Source: an uncultured Actinomycetota bacterium (GTDB lineage Bacteria > Actinomycetota > Actinomycetes > Propionibacteriales > Nocardioidaceae). Taken from it: 64,000 nt of DNA. A program made the position numbers and the translations under genes. Positions 9,912 through 21,959 of this stretch are shown one piece after another; positions within the stretch are counted from its first letter, which is position 1, and each line of letters starts with the position of its first letter. The notes below the pieces were generated by a model. That model searched no databases. It saw only the letters and a program-made list of their open reading frames with translations, and was not told the origin of the DNA. Where the stretch lies: the NCBI GenBank assembly GCA_963729095.1, contig CAVSMX010000021.1:46468-110467 (forward strand), written 5' to 3'.

Positions 9912-11950
9912 TCACCCCATTGCCGACCTCCACCAGGGCCGCCTGCTCGGGTCGCCCGTCACCGGGTCGTTGTGGGCCGCAGCCCTGGCGATCCGGTCGA
10001 CCATGATCCCGATCAGCACGATGCTGATGCCGGCTGCGGCGCCCTTGCCCCACTCCTCCGACCGGGAGAAGCCGAGCACCACGTCATAGCCCAGCCCGCC
10101 GGCGCCGACCATGCCGCCGATCACGGCCATCGACAGCACATAGAGCAGGCCCTGGTTGGCGGCCAGCACCAGCGACCCCTTGGCCATCGGCAGCTGGACC
10201 TTGGTGATCTCCTGCCAGGTGGTGCAGCCCGTCGACCGAGAAGCCTCCAAGGTGGTCGGCGAGACCCCCTTGACGCCGTCGGCCACCAGCTTGATCGCCA
10301 CCGGCGCCGCGTAGACGACGCCGGCCACGATCGCGGTGAAGCGGGTCGGGCCGAAGAGCGCGAGGATCGGGATCAGGTACACGAACGGCGGGATCGTCTG
10401 GCCGGCGTCCAGCAGTGGCCGCAGCCCCAGATCGAACTTCGAGCTGCGGGCCATCCAGACCCCGAACACCAACGCCAGCACCATCACCATCACGGTGCCG
10501 ACGAGGGTCATGGCGAGGGTGATCATCGAGTCGTGCCACAGGTCGAAGAACTTCAGCCCGGCCAGGCAGATCACGGTGGAAGGCAGAGCCCGCATTCCCC
10601 CGAAGACCAGTGCCAGGGCGAGGATCCCGGCGGCGGCGAGGTACCACGGTGACTCCGCCAGCAAGGACTGGAGCGGGTTGAGCAGGATGTCGCTGACCGT
10701 GTTCTTGAACCACTCCGTGGCGTCGTGGAACGTGTCGGTGAACCAGTCGACGAAGCTGTTGACCTTGTCGGCGATGGTCTGCGCCCAGGTGTTCTCCGGG
10801 AACTCGGCCAGGTTGAGGTTCTGCCGGGACATGAACACCGCGACTACGGCGAGGGCTCCGGTACCGGCCAGGACCATCCGGCGAAGCCGTGGATCCGCTC
10901 CGCTCCGCGCCCTCTTCTCGGGCGCCTCGCTGGCCGCGGTGACGGTGCGGTCCAGCATCACCGCCATCACCACGATCAGCATGCCCGGCACGAAAGCGTC
11001 GCCGACGTTGTTGATCCGCAGTCCTTCGAGAACCGGCTGGCCCAGACCAGGCCCATCGACGAACGCCGCCAGCGTCGCCATCGAGAGCGCGGCCATGATC
11101 GTCTGGTTGAGACCCACCACAATGGTTCGCCTGGCCATCGGCAGCTGCACCTTGCGCAGCCGTTGACTGGCCGTCTGACCCGCGGAGTCGGTGGCCTCGA
11201 TCGTCGTCGACGACACGTTGCGGATGCCGTGCCCGGCGATCCGGATGATCGGCGGCAGCGCGTAGATCAGTGTGCACACCACGGCCGCTGATGCCCCGAT
11301 ACCGACGAAGAGCACGACCGGCAGCAGGTACACGAACGTCGGCATGGTCTGGAAGATGTCGAGGAGCGTGTTGAGGCTGGAGACGACCCAGCGTCTCCGG
11401 CTCGTACCGAGCCAGATGGCCAGCGGAATCCCGATCAGGACCGCCACCGCCACCGCGACGAACGTGATGATCAACAGGTCCATCGAGTCGCTCCAGTAGC
11501 CGAACAGGCCGAAGGAGACGAACGAGGCCGCGACCAGGATGGCGATCCGCCACCCGGCGAGCGCCAGGCCGATCCAGGCCGCGACCGCAGTGACGCCGAA
11601 CCAGCCGATCTGGGGTACCGGGCGCGGGAAGTCGGGGACCGAGATCAGGCCCTGGAACCATTCGACGACGGAGGTGAACCACGCGCCGAGGTTGTAGGTG
11701 AACTGGATGAACGCGTTCTCGTCCCGGCTCGCCAGCACGTCGTCGCGGAATCCGGTCAGCGTGTTGTGCAGGTCGGTGTGCTCCCGCCCCGGGAGTGCGA
11801 GCGTGTCATCACCCTTGGTGAAGAGATAGATCAGCACCCAGACACCGAGCACGACCAGAGCCCACGCCCACCGCGGCATGCGGCGCGGCACGTCGGTGGA
11901 CGGTGGTGCCGGGGCGTCGGGTTCGCGTTTGGGAGGTGCGATCGTCGCGG

Positions 11951-11954
<4 letters not shown>
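9912..11954 (-). CDS. Glycine betaine ABC transporter permease, two fused ProW domains
   Basis: Two QT(M/I)P(T/P)FVYL(L/I)P motifs and two EAA-loop/KVQLPMA repeats. Confidence 0.92.
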
Positions 11955-13023
<1,069 letters not shown>

Positions 13024-13027
<4 letters not shown>

Positions 13028-14734
13028 GGCTTCTCCTCAGTGGCGGCGTTGCGACTGTCTCCGGGTGGGTAGAGAGGGTCACCCGCGCGGTAGCGATAGA
13101 AGGGCACGCTGGCGGCGGGCAGGGGGGTGTTGCCGGCAATCAGGTCGGCCGCCTTCTCGGCGACCATCATCACCGGGGCATAGATGTTGCCGTTGGTGAC
13201 GAAGGGGAAGACGGAGGCGTCGACGACGCGGAGGCCCTCGACGCCGTGGACCTTCATCGTGTCGGGATCGACAACGGACATCTCGTCGATGCCCATCTTG
13301 GCGGTGCACGACGGGTGCAGCGCAGTCTCGGCGTCGGCGCGCACCCAGTCGAGGATCTGCTCGTCGGTCTCGACACCGTCGCCCGGCGAGAGCTCGCCGT
13401 CGTTGTACGGCGCGAACGCGGGCTGGTTGAGGATGTCGCGCGCCACCCGGACCGCCTCCACCCACTCGCGGCGGTCGTTGGCAGTGGTCAGGTAGTTGAA
13501 CCGCATCGACGGGTGCTGCTTCGGGTCGCGCGACCTGATCCGCACGTAGCCGCGCGTGTCGGCGTACATCGGGCCGATGTGCACCTGGTAGCCGTGGCCC
13601 TCGGTGGGCGCCGAGCCGTCGTACCGGATGGCGACCGGGAGGAAGTGGAACATCAGGTTCGGGTAGTCGACGTCGTCGTTGCTGCGAGCGAACCCGCCAC
13701 CCTCGAAGTGGTTGGTCGCGCCCAGCCCGCGGCGGTGGACGAGCCACTGGTAGCCGATGCCCGGGACGACGGTGCCACTTCAGCCCGGGCGCGATCGACA
13801 CCGGCAGCTTGGAGGCGTACTGGATGTAGACCTCGAGGTGGTCCTGCAGGTTCTCGCCGACGCCGGGGAGGTGGTGCACCACCGGAACGCCGTGCTGGGA
13901 GAGCAGCCCGTGGTCGCCGACCCCGGACAGCTGCATCAGCTGCGGGGTGTTGATCGCGCCGCCGCAGAGGATGACCTCGCGGGCGCCGGCGGTACGACGG
14001 AGCCTGCCGCCGTGTCGATAGTCGACGCCGACGGCCCGGGTGCCGTCGAACCGGATGCTGGTGACCATCGCCAGGGTCTCGATCGTCAGGTTCTTCCGGT
14101 TCCGGACCGGGTGCAGGTAGGCGCGCGCGGCGGACAGTCGGCGGCCGCGGTAGACGTTGCGGTCGAAGCGCGCGAAGCCCTCCTGCCGGTAGCCGTTCAC
14201 GTCGTCGGTGAGCGGGTAGCCGGCCTGCTGCGCCGCCTCGAAGAACGCCCCGAACAGCGGGTTCGTGGCGGGCCCGCGCTCGAGCTTGAGCGGACCGTCG
14301 CCGCCGCGCCACTCGTCGGCGCCGGCCAGGCAGTTCTCCATCCTCTTGAAGTACGGCAGGCAGTGGAGGTAGTCCCACTCCTTCATCCCCGGCTCGGCGG
14401 CCCAGCGCTCGTAGTCCATCGGGTTGCCGCGCTGGAAGATCATCCCGTTGATGCTGCTCGAGCCGCCGAGCAGCTTGCCCCGCGCGTGGAACACCCTGCG
14501 ATCGTTGAGCTCCGGCTCCGGGTCCGTCTCGTAGCGCCAGTCGTAGAGCCGGCTGCCGATCGGGAACGGCAGCGCCGCCGGCATGTGGATGAACGGGTCG
14601 ATCCGCCAGTCGGAGCGGCCGGCCTCGAGGACCAGGACCGTGGTGCTGGGATCGGCGGAGAGCCGGTTGGCGATGGCGCATCCGGCCGAGCCTCCGCCCA
14701 CGATCACGTAGTCGTATCTCTTCACCTTCGCCAT
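13024..14734 (-). CDS. betA: Choline dehydrogenase; apparent +1 frameshift near 13760
   Basis: GMC motifs [37 protein letters not shown]...APVMMVAEK split over two ORFs. Confidence 0.9.
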
Positions 14735-14743
14735 GGCCGCCGC

Positions 14744-16213
14744 CTATCCCCGGAACCAGCGCTGCTCGGCGGGACGGATGTTGTGCCACACGTGTTTGGT
14801 CTCGCGGTACTCGTCAAGTCCCGCGGCGCCCAGCTCGCGGCCGATGCCGGACTGCTTGTAACCGCCCCACTCTGCCTGCGGCACGTACGGGTGGTAGTCG
14901 TTGATCCAGACCGTCCCCATCCGCAGCCGGCCAGCCACCCGCTGCGCCTTGCCGGCGTCCTGGGTCCACACCGCTCCGGCCAGCCCGTAGATGCTGTCGT
15001 TGGCGATCGCGACGGCCTCGTCCTCGGAGCCGAACGTCTCGACTGTCAGCACCGGACCGAACGACTCGTCCTGGGTCACCGACATCGTCGAGGTGCACCG
15101 GTCGAGCACGGTGGGGAGGTAGTAGAAGCCGTCGACGAGCGCCGGGTCGTCGGGGCGCCTGCCGCCCGTCCGGAGTACGGCGCCCTCGGCGATCCCGGCC
15201 GCGACGTAGCTCTCGACCTTGTCGCGGTGCGCAGCGCTGGTCAGCGGGCCGGTCTCGGCCTTCTCGTCGAACGGCCCACCGATCCGGATCCGCTCGGCGC
15301 GCTCCACGAGGGCGTCGACGAACCGGTCGTGGACCGACTCCTCGACGACCAGCCGGGCGCCCGCCGAGCACACCTGGCCGGAGTGCAGGAAGACAGCTGT
15401 GAGGGCGAAGTCGAGCGCGACCTCGAGGTCGGCGTCCGCGAAGACGACGTTGGGGTTCTTGCCGCCCAGCTCGAGCGCGATCTTCTTCACGGTGTCCGAT
15501 GCCGCGGCCATGATCCGCTTGCCGGTCTCGAGGCCGCCGGTGAAGGACACCAGGTCGACGCGGGGATCGGTGGAGAGCGGCGCGCCCGCCTCGGCGCCGG
15601 TGCCGAGCACCAGGTTGCCCACCCCGGCCGGAAGCCCGGCCTCACCCAGCAGTCGCATCAGGTGGATCGCGGAGTGCGGGGTGAGCTCGCTCGGCTTCAG
15701 GACGAACGTGTTGCCCGCGGCCAGGCACGGGGCGACCTTCCACGAGACCTGGAGGAGGGGGTAGTTCCAGGGGGTGATCAGGCCGCAGACGCCGACCGGC
15801 TCGTGCACGATCCGGCTGACCACGTCGGGGTTGCCGGTGTCGACCACGCGGCCGGCGTCCTCGGCGGCCACCCTGCCGAAGTGCCGGAACACCGAGACGA
15901 CGTCGGCGACGTCGTACTCGCTCTCGACGAGGCGTTTGCCGGTGTCGAGCGACTCCATCCGGGCGATGTCCTCGGTGTCCCGCTCCAGCAGGTCGGCGAC
16001 CTTGAGCAGCAGCGCGCCGCGCTCGTGCGAGGGCGTGCTCGGCCAGGAGCCCTCGTGGAAGGCCCGGTGCGCGGCCGCGACCGCGCGATCGGTGTCCTCC
16101 GGTCCGGCTTCGTCCACCTCGGCGACCAGGCTGCCGTCGGCCGGGCACCGGATCTCGCGGCGGCCGCCGCCACGCGCGTCCACCCATGCGCCGTCGAGGT
16201 AGAGATCAGCCAT
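14744..16213 (-). CDS. betB: Betaine aldehyde dehydrogenase
   Basis: PWNYP, KPSE, FTGG, LELGGK, GQVCSAG, ESFGP; adjacent to betA. Confidence 0.9.
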   Translation of the reverse strand: MADLYLDGAWVDARGGGRREIRCPADGSLVAEVDEAGPEDTDRAVAAAHRAFHEGSWPSTPSHERGALLLKVADLLERDTEDIARMESLDTGKRLVESEYDVADVVSVFRHFGRVAAEDAGRVVDTGNPDVVSRIVHEPVGVCGLITPWNYPLLQVSWKVAPCLAAGNTFVLKPSELTPHSAIHLMRLLGEAGLPAGVGNLVLGTGAEAGAPLSTDPRVDLVSFTGGLETGKRIMAAASDTVKKIALELGGKNPNVVFADADLEVALDFALTAVFLHSGQVCSAGARLVVEESVHDRFVDALVERAERIRIGGPFDEKAETGPLTSAAHRDKVESYVAAGIAEGAVLRTGGRRPDDPALVDGFYYLPTVLDRCTSTMSVTQDESFGPVLTVETFGSEDEAVAIANDSIYGLAGAVWTQDAGKAQRVAGRLRMGTVWINDYHPYVPQAEWGGYKQSGIGRELGAAGLDEYRETKHVWHNIRPAEQRWFRG

Positions 16214-16240
16214 CGGCGCACCTCATCTCGCTGTCCAGGT

Positions 16241-16276
16241 GTTGCGTATTCTGCAACATATTGCCTGACGCGCAAC
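16241..16276. promoter_or_regulatory. Tandem putative IclR operators upstream of betB
   Basis: GTTGCGTATTCTGCAAC (16241-16257) and ATTGCCTGACGCGCAAC (16260-16276). Confidence 0.65.
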
Positions 16277-16354
16277 CCCGATTGTGATTCTGAGAATGGT
16301 CGGGCGGGCCGCTCACGTCAAGGATGGTGGGATTCCGTTATCGAGCCGTGCCGG

Positions 16355-17122
16355 TCATCGAACGCCCCAGCCGAGGCGGTGTGAGACTTCCGTTGCGGCC
16401 TCGACCAGCGGCGGAATGATCTCGGCGATCCGCTCCTCGGTCAGCCGGAACGTGGGGCCCGACACGCTGATCGAGGCGATCACGTCACCGTGCGCGTTGT
16501 GGATGGGGGCGGCCATCGCCGCCAGCCCGACCTCGAGCTCGTCGACGGCCACGGCGTACCCCTGCTCGCGGACCCGTGCCAGCTCCTTGCGGAGCCGGTC
16601 GCGGGTGGTGATGGTGGTGTCGGTGTAGGCCTGCATCCGGCCGAGCATCTCGACCCGCCGCTGGTCGTCGAGGTCGAGCAACAGCACCTTGCCGTTGGCG
16701 GTGGCGTGCAGCGGGATGTGTTGTCCCACCCAGTTGTGGGACTGCAGCGCCGAGGAGCCGGCGACCTGGTCGAGGTAGAGCGCCGAGCGGTCCGCGAGCA
16801 CCGCGACGTTCACGGTCTCCCCCGTGTCCGCGGCGAGCTTGCGCGAGATCGGGCGGGCCTCCTGCACCACGTCGAGCCGGGCGGTGGTCGCCCCGGCCAG
16901 CCGCAGCAGGCCGATGCCGAGGCGGTACTTCCCGCGGCCGTCGATCTGCTCGACCAGTCCGTGCGACTCCAGCGTCGCCACCAGCCGGAACGCGGTCGAC
17001 TTGTGCACCTCGAGCGCGGTGGCGAGGTCGGTGACCCCGGCCTCGCCGGACCGGGCCAGCGTCTCCAGGATGGTCAGAGCGCGGTCCACCGACTGCACGC
17101 TCGACGCAGAGCCGTTGCTCAT
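16355..17122 (-). CDS. IclR family transcriptional regulator
   Basis: VQSVDRAL...HKSTAFRL HTH; PLHATANGKVLL; ISVSGP. Confidence 0.93.
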   Translation of the reverse strand: MSNGSASSVQSVDRALTILETLARSGEAGVTDLATALEVHKSTAFRLVATLESHGLVEQIDGRGKYRLGIGLLRLAGATTARLDVVQEARPISRKLAADTGETVNVAVLADRSALYLDQVAGSSALQSHNWVGQHIPLHATANGKVLLLDLDDQRRVEMLGRMQAYTDTTITTRDRLRKELARVREQGYAVAVDELEVGLAAMAAPIHNAHGDVIASISVSGPTFRLTEERIAEIIPPLVEAATEVSHRLGWGVR

Positions 17123-17167
17123 GGCGCAACCATAGGGGTCAGGACGCAACACGTCACCCAACTCGTT

Positions 17168-17213
17168 GGTCGAGTAGCGCGAGCGACGAAGGAGCGAGCG
17201 CGTATCGACCACC
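17168..17213. repeat. REP-like element downstream of purU
   Basis: GGTCGAGTAG...CGTATCGACCACC; same GGTYGAG...TCGA..ACC frame as the 4445 element. Confidence 0.5.
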
Positions 17214-17219
17214 GATGGG

Positions 17220-18125
17220 TCAGCGGAAGACGACGGTGCGCTGTCCGTTGAGGAAGACCCGTGATTCGGCGTGCCAGCGTACGGCGTGGGAGAGCACCCG
17301 GGCCTCGACGTCGCGGCCGGCGGTGACCAGCTGGTCCTGGTTGAACGCGTGGTCGACGCGGACGACGTCCTGCTCGATGATCGGGCCCTCGTCGAGGTCG
17401 CCGGTGACGTAGTGCGCTGTGGCACCCACCAGCTTCACGCCGCGGTCGAAGGCCTGGTGGTAGGGCTTCGCGCCCTTGAAGCTCGGCAGGAACGAGTGGT
17501 GGATGTTGATCGCCCGACCGGACAGCTCGGCGCAGAGGTCGTCGGACAGCACCTGCATGTAGCGCGCCAGCACGACCAGGTGGATGGCGTGCTTCTCGAC
17601 GAGCTCGCGGAGCTGGTCCTCGGCCTGTGGCTTGGTCTCCGGGGTCACCGGGATGTGCACGAAGTCGAGGCCGTGGGCTCGCACCAGCGGCTCGGCGTCG
17701 AGGTGGTTGGAGACCACCGCGGGGATCTCGATCTGCAGCGAGCCCGTGCTGTAGCGGAACAGCAGGTCGTTGAGGCAGTGCAGGTGCTTGGAGACCATGA
17801 TCAGGGTGCGGTACGGCGCCCGCGCGTCCCACAGCTCGAAGGTCATGCCGAACTCCTGGGCGACGACGGCGAAGCCGCGGCGCAGCTCATCGGCGCTCAC
17901 CATCTCGGCGCCACTGCCGGGCACCACGAAGTCGATGCGCATGAAGAACCGCCCGGTGAGCCGGTCGCCGAACTGCTGGCTCTCGACGATGTTGCCGCCG
18001 TACCCGACCAGGAAGCCGGAGACGGCATGCACGACCCCGGGGCGGTCGGGGCAGGTGAGGACCAGGACGTAGTCGCCCGACGGTGCGGTGGCGCGGGGCG
18101 TCTCCTCGAACGGGGCGAGCGACAT
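17220..18125 (-). CDS. purU: Formyltetrahydrofolate deformylase
   Basis: CPDRPG ACT domain; LARYMQVLS; INIHHSFLPSFKGAKPY; GATAHYVT..LDEGPII. Confidence 0.96.
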   Translation of the reverse strand: MSLAPFEETPRATAPSGDYVLVLTCPDRPGVVHAVSGFLVGYGGNIVESQQFGDRLTGRFFMRIDFVVPGSGAEMVSADELRRGFAVVAQEFGMTFELWDARAPYRTLIMVSKHLHCLNDLLFRYSTGSLQIEIPAVVSNHLDAEPLVRAHGLDFVHIPVTPETKPQAEDQLRELVEKHAIHLVVLARYMQVLSDDLCAELSGRAINIHHSFLPSFKGAKPYHQAFDRGVKLVGATAHYVTGDLDEGPIIEQDVVRVDHAFNQDQLVTAGRDVEARVLSHAVRWHAESRVFLNGQRTVVFR

Positions 18126-18131
18126 GGAAGG

Positions 18132-19571
18132 TCAGTCCCCCAGCTCGGAGCGGCGGCGGACGACGTACTCCTCGAGCTCCTGGCGTACGCCGTCGTCGAG
18201 CGGCGGCGGCTCGTAGGCCTCGAGCTTCTCCTGGTAGATCTTCTCGGCGCGGGCCTGGGCGTCCGCGCCGCCGTTGCGCATCCAGCGCTCGTAGTTCTCC
18301 GACGAGGACAGCATCGGCCGGTAGAAGCAGGTGCGGAACCGTTCCATGGTGTGCATCGCGCCGAGGAAGTGGCCGCCGTGCCCGACCTCCTCGTGGGCAC
18401 CGAACGCCATCGACTCCTCGTCGATCTCCAGCGGGGTGAACTCGGCCTGCAGCATCTGCAGGATCTCGACGTCGACGATGAACTTCTCGTAGCCCGCGAC
18501 CAGGCCGCCCTCGAGCCAACCGGCGGAGTGCATCACCCAGTTGGCGCCGGCCAGGAACGTCGGCAGCATCGTCATCAGCGCCTCGTAGCCCGCCTGCGCG
18601 TCGGGCACCTGTGAGGAGGTGAGGCCGCCACCGGTGCGGAACGGCAGCCCGAAGTGCCGGGCGATCTGGCCGGTGCAGAGCAGCCCGATCCCGGACTCGG
18701 GGGTGCCGAAGGTCGGCGATCCCGACTGCATGTCGATGTTGGAGAGGAACGACCCGAAGATCACCGGCGTGCCCGGCCGGATCAGCTGCGAGAGCGCGAT
18801 GCCGGACAGGGCCTCGGTGATCTGCTGCACCAGCGCGGCCGGGATCGTCACCGGCGACATCGCGCCCATCAGGATGAACGGCGTCAGCACGACGGGCTGG
18901 CCGGCCGAGGAGTACTCGAACTGCGCCTCGAGCATCCGGTCGTCCCAGCGCAGCGGCGAGTTGCAGTTGATCAGCGAGATCGACGCCGGGGTCTCCTCGA
19001 TCTTCTCCCGACCGCCGAACAGGATGGAGCCCATCGCGATCGTGTCAGCGGCATTGACCCCGGAGACCACGTTGCCCATGTAGACCTTGTCGGTCAGCGT
19101 CTGCAGCGCATAGGTCATGTCGAGGTGTCGGCTGTCGAGCGGGGTGTCGTTGGGCTCGCAGATCACGCCGCCCGCCGAGTCGAGCACCGAGAACGACTGG
19201 GCGAGCTTGGTGAAGTTGCGGAAGTCGTCCATGGTCGCGTCGCGACGCACCTCGCCCTGGCGCACGAACGGCGGTCCGTAGACCGCGCCGAACGCCATCG
19301 CGTCGCCGCCGATGTGGATCGAGTGCTCAGGGTTGCGGGCCTGGACGTCGAACTCGGCCGGCGCCTTGGCGACCTGCTCGAGCACGAAGTCGGGGTCGAG
19401 GAAGACGGTGTTGTCCTCGACCCTCTGCCCGGCCTGCGCGAACAGGTCCAGCGCGCGCTGGTCCATGAACTCCACGCCGATCTCGGTCATCAGCCGCCGC
19501 CAGCCGCGGTCCAGGGTCGCCATCGCGTCCTCGGACAGGATCTCGTAGCGGGGCATCCGGTTGTGGAACAT
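18132..19571 (-). CDS. mtgB: Non-pyrrolysine trimethylamine methyltransferase family (MttB); probable glycine betaine:corrinoid methyltransferase
   Basis: NCNSPLRWD, GAMSPVT, DMQSGSPTFGTPE, DAQAGYE, HSAGWLEGGL, GHFLG; no in-frame TAG; betaine context (substrate is inferred). Confidence 0.85.
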   Translation of the reverse strand: MFHNRMPRYEILSEDAMATLDRGWRRLMTEIGVEFMDQRALDLFAQAGQRVEDNTVFLDPDFVLEQVAKAPAEFDVQARNPEHSIHIGGDAMAFGAVYGPPFVRQGEVRRDATMDDFRNFTKLAQSFSVLDSAGGVICEPNDTPLDSRHLDMTYALQTLTDKVYMGNVVSGVNAADTIAMGSILFGGREKIEETPASISLINCNSPLRWDDRMLEAQFEYSSAGQPVVLTPFILMGAMSPVTIPAALVQQITEALSGIALSQLIRPGTPVIFGSFLSNIDMQSGSPTFGTPESGIGLLCTGQIARHFGLPFRTGGGLTSSQVPDAQAGYEALMTMLPTFLAGANWVMHSAGWLEGGLVAGYEKFIVDVEILQMLQAEFTPLEIDEESMAFGAHEEVGHGGHFLGAMHTMERFRTCFYRPMLSSSENYERWMRNGGADAQARAEKIYQEKLEAYEPPPLDDGVRQELEEYVVRRRSELGD

Positions 19572-19605
19572 CGCGCCTCCTTGACGTCACCTCCCCGGCA
19601 TCCTA

Positions 19606-19643
19606 GCCTCATGTTGTGGGACATCGGTTCCACATCATGGAAC
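19606..19643. promoter_or_regulatory. Two 17-bp IclR-type operators in the divergent mtgB/iclR promoter
   Basis: GTTCCACATCATGGAAC (19627-19643) and degenerate GCCTCATGTTGTGGGAC (19606-19622), 21 bp apart. Confidence 0.65.
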
Positions 19644-19668
19644 AGTCGGCCGATCGGAGAGGAACACC

Positions 19669-20432
19669 GTGGCCAGCGCGAACACCGGCACCCAGGCGAT
19701 CGACCGCGCCGCCCTGCTGGTCGCCACGGTCGTGCGCGCCGACGAGCCGCTCTCCTTCGGCGAGCTGCAGGACGAGTGCGGGCTGCCGAAGTCGACGACC
19801 TCGCGCCTTCTCACCGCCCTCGAGCGCACCGAGCTGCTGGAGCGCAATGGCGCCGGCACCTACGTCGCGGGCCCGCTGTTCTGGCTGTACGCGACCCGCC
19901 ACGACCCGTGGGACGAGCTGGTCCGGCTGGCCACCCCGACGCTCGAGAAGATCGGCGCCGACACCGGCGAGACCGTGAACCTGTCGGTGGCCCGTGGCGA
20001 CCGGGTGGTCCAGGTCGCGCAGGTCGACTCGACGTACCTCCTCGGCACCCGCGACTGGACCGAGATCGACGTGCCGGCCCACTGCTCGGCGCTCGGCAAG
20101 GTACTGCTCGCCTACGGCGTGCTCGACCTGCCGATCGGGGAGCTGGAGCCGCTCACGCCCGCCACGGTCACCGACCGCCATGAACTGCGGCGCCAGCTCG
20201 AGCAGGACCGACGGCGGGGGTACTCCAGCACCATCGACGAGCTCGAGATCGGGCTCACCGGTGTGGCCGCGCCGCTCCGCGGGAGCGGTGGAGAAGTCGT
20301 TGCGGCACTGGGCATCTCGGGTCCCAGCCCGCGACTGGTGGACCGGCGCGACGAGGTCGGCCGACTGTTGAACGACCGAGCGGAGCAGCTGTCCCGGCTG
20401 CTGCGCCGGCGAACGAGAAATGAGGGCGTGGC

Positions 20433-20436
<4 letters not shown>
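19669..20436 (+). CDS. IclR family transcriptional regulator
   Basis: TQAIDRA...LPKSTTSRLL; HCSALGKVLL; LGISGP; GTG start with AGAGGA RBS. Confidence 0.92.
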
Positions 20437-21094
<658 letters not shown>

Positions 21095-21098
<4 letters not shown>

Positions 21099-21952
21099 GG
21101 CACACGGTCATCCGCTCGGCCAGCCGCGAGGTCACCATCGGCCGCGACAAGCCGTTCTGCGTGATCGGCGAGCGGATCAACCCCACCGGCCGGCGGATCT
21201 TCCAGGACCAGCTCAAGGCCGGCGACATGTCCGCGATCGAGCGCGACGTGAAGTCCCAGGTCGAGGGCGGCGCCGACGTGCTCGACGTCAACATGGGCGT
21301 GCCACTCGTCGACGAGGCCGAGCTGCTGGCCAAGGCGATCACCATGATCCAGGGCCTCACCGACCTGCCGATCTGCATCGACTCCTCGGTGGTCGAGGCG
21401 CTCGAGGCCGGGCTCGCGGCCTACCAGGGGCGCGCGCTGGTCAACTCGATCACCGCCGAGGACGAGCGGATGGAGCAGATCCTGCCGCTGGTCAAGAAGT
21501 ACGACGCCGCCGTGATCGCGCTGCCCAACGACGAGGACGAGATCCCGATGGAGCCGGACAAGCGGCTCGAGCTGGTGAAGAAGATCGTCAACGTCGCGAC
21601 CACCGAGTACGGCATCGCGATGGAGGACATCGTGATCGACCCGCTGGCGATGCCGATCGGCGCCGACACGACGAACTGCGTCGCCACCATGGAGACGATG
21701 CGCCGGATCCGCGACGAGTTCGACCTGAACATGACCTGCGGGGCCTCGAACGTCTCCTTCGGGATGCCGGACCGGCACGGGCTGGGCGCCGCGTTCCTGC
21801 CGATGGCGATGACCTCCGGGCTGACCAGCGCGATCATGGACGCCCGCACCCCGCAGATCGTGGAGTCGGTGCGCGCCGCCGACCTGCTGCTCGGCAACGA
21901 CGAGTGGGGGATGGCCTGGATCGCGGCCCACCGGGCGAAGCAAGCCACGTGA
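21095..21952 (+). CDS. Methylcorrinoid:tetrahydrofolate methyltransferase (pterin-binding, AcsE/MtgD-like)
   Basis: IGERINPTG, LDVNMG, IDSS, LVNSI, IDPL, GASNVSFGMP; ATGA overlap with the upstream gene. Confidence 0.92.
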
Positions 21953-21959
21953 GCACTCC

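Noticed and set aside
13757-16384. Long antisense ORFs (875 aa here; likewise 56864-59746 and 44602-46818)
   Set aside because: Shadow frames of high-GC genes, lying opposite well-supported CDSs with no recognisable motifs
18132-19571. Pyrrolysine-containing trimethylamine methyltransferase
   Set aside because: The ORF is uninterrupted (no in-frame TAG) and no pyl genes are present; it is the non-Pyl type
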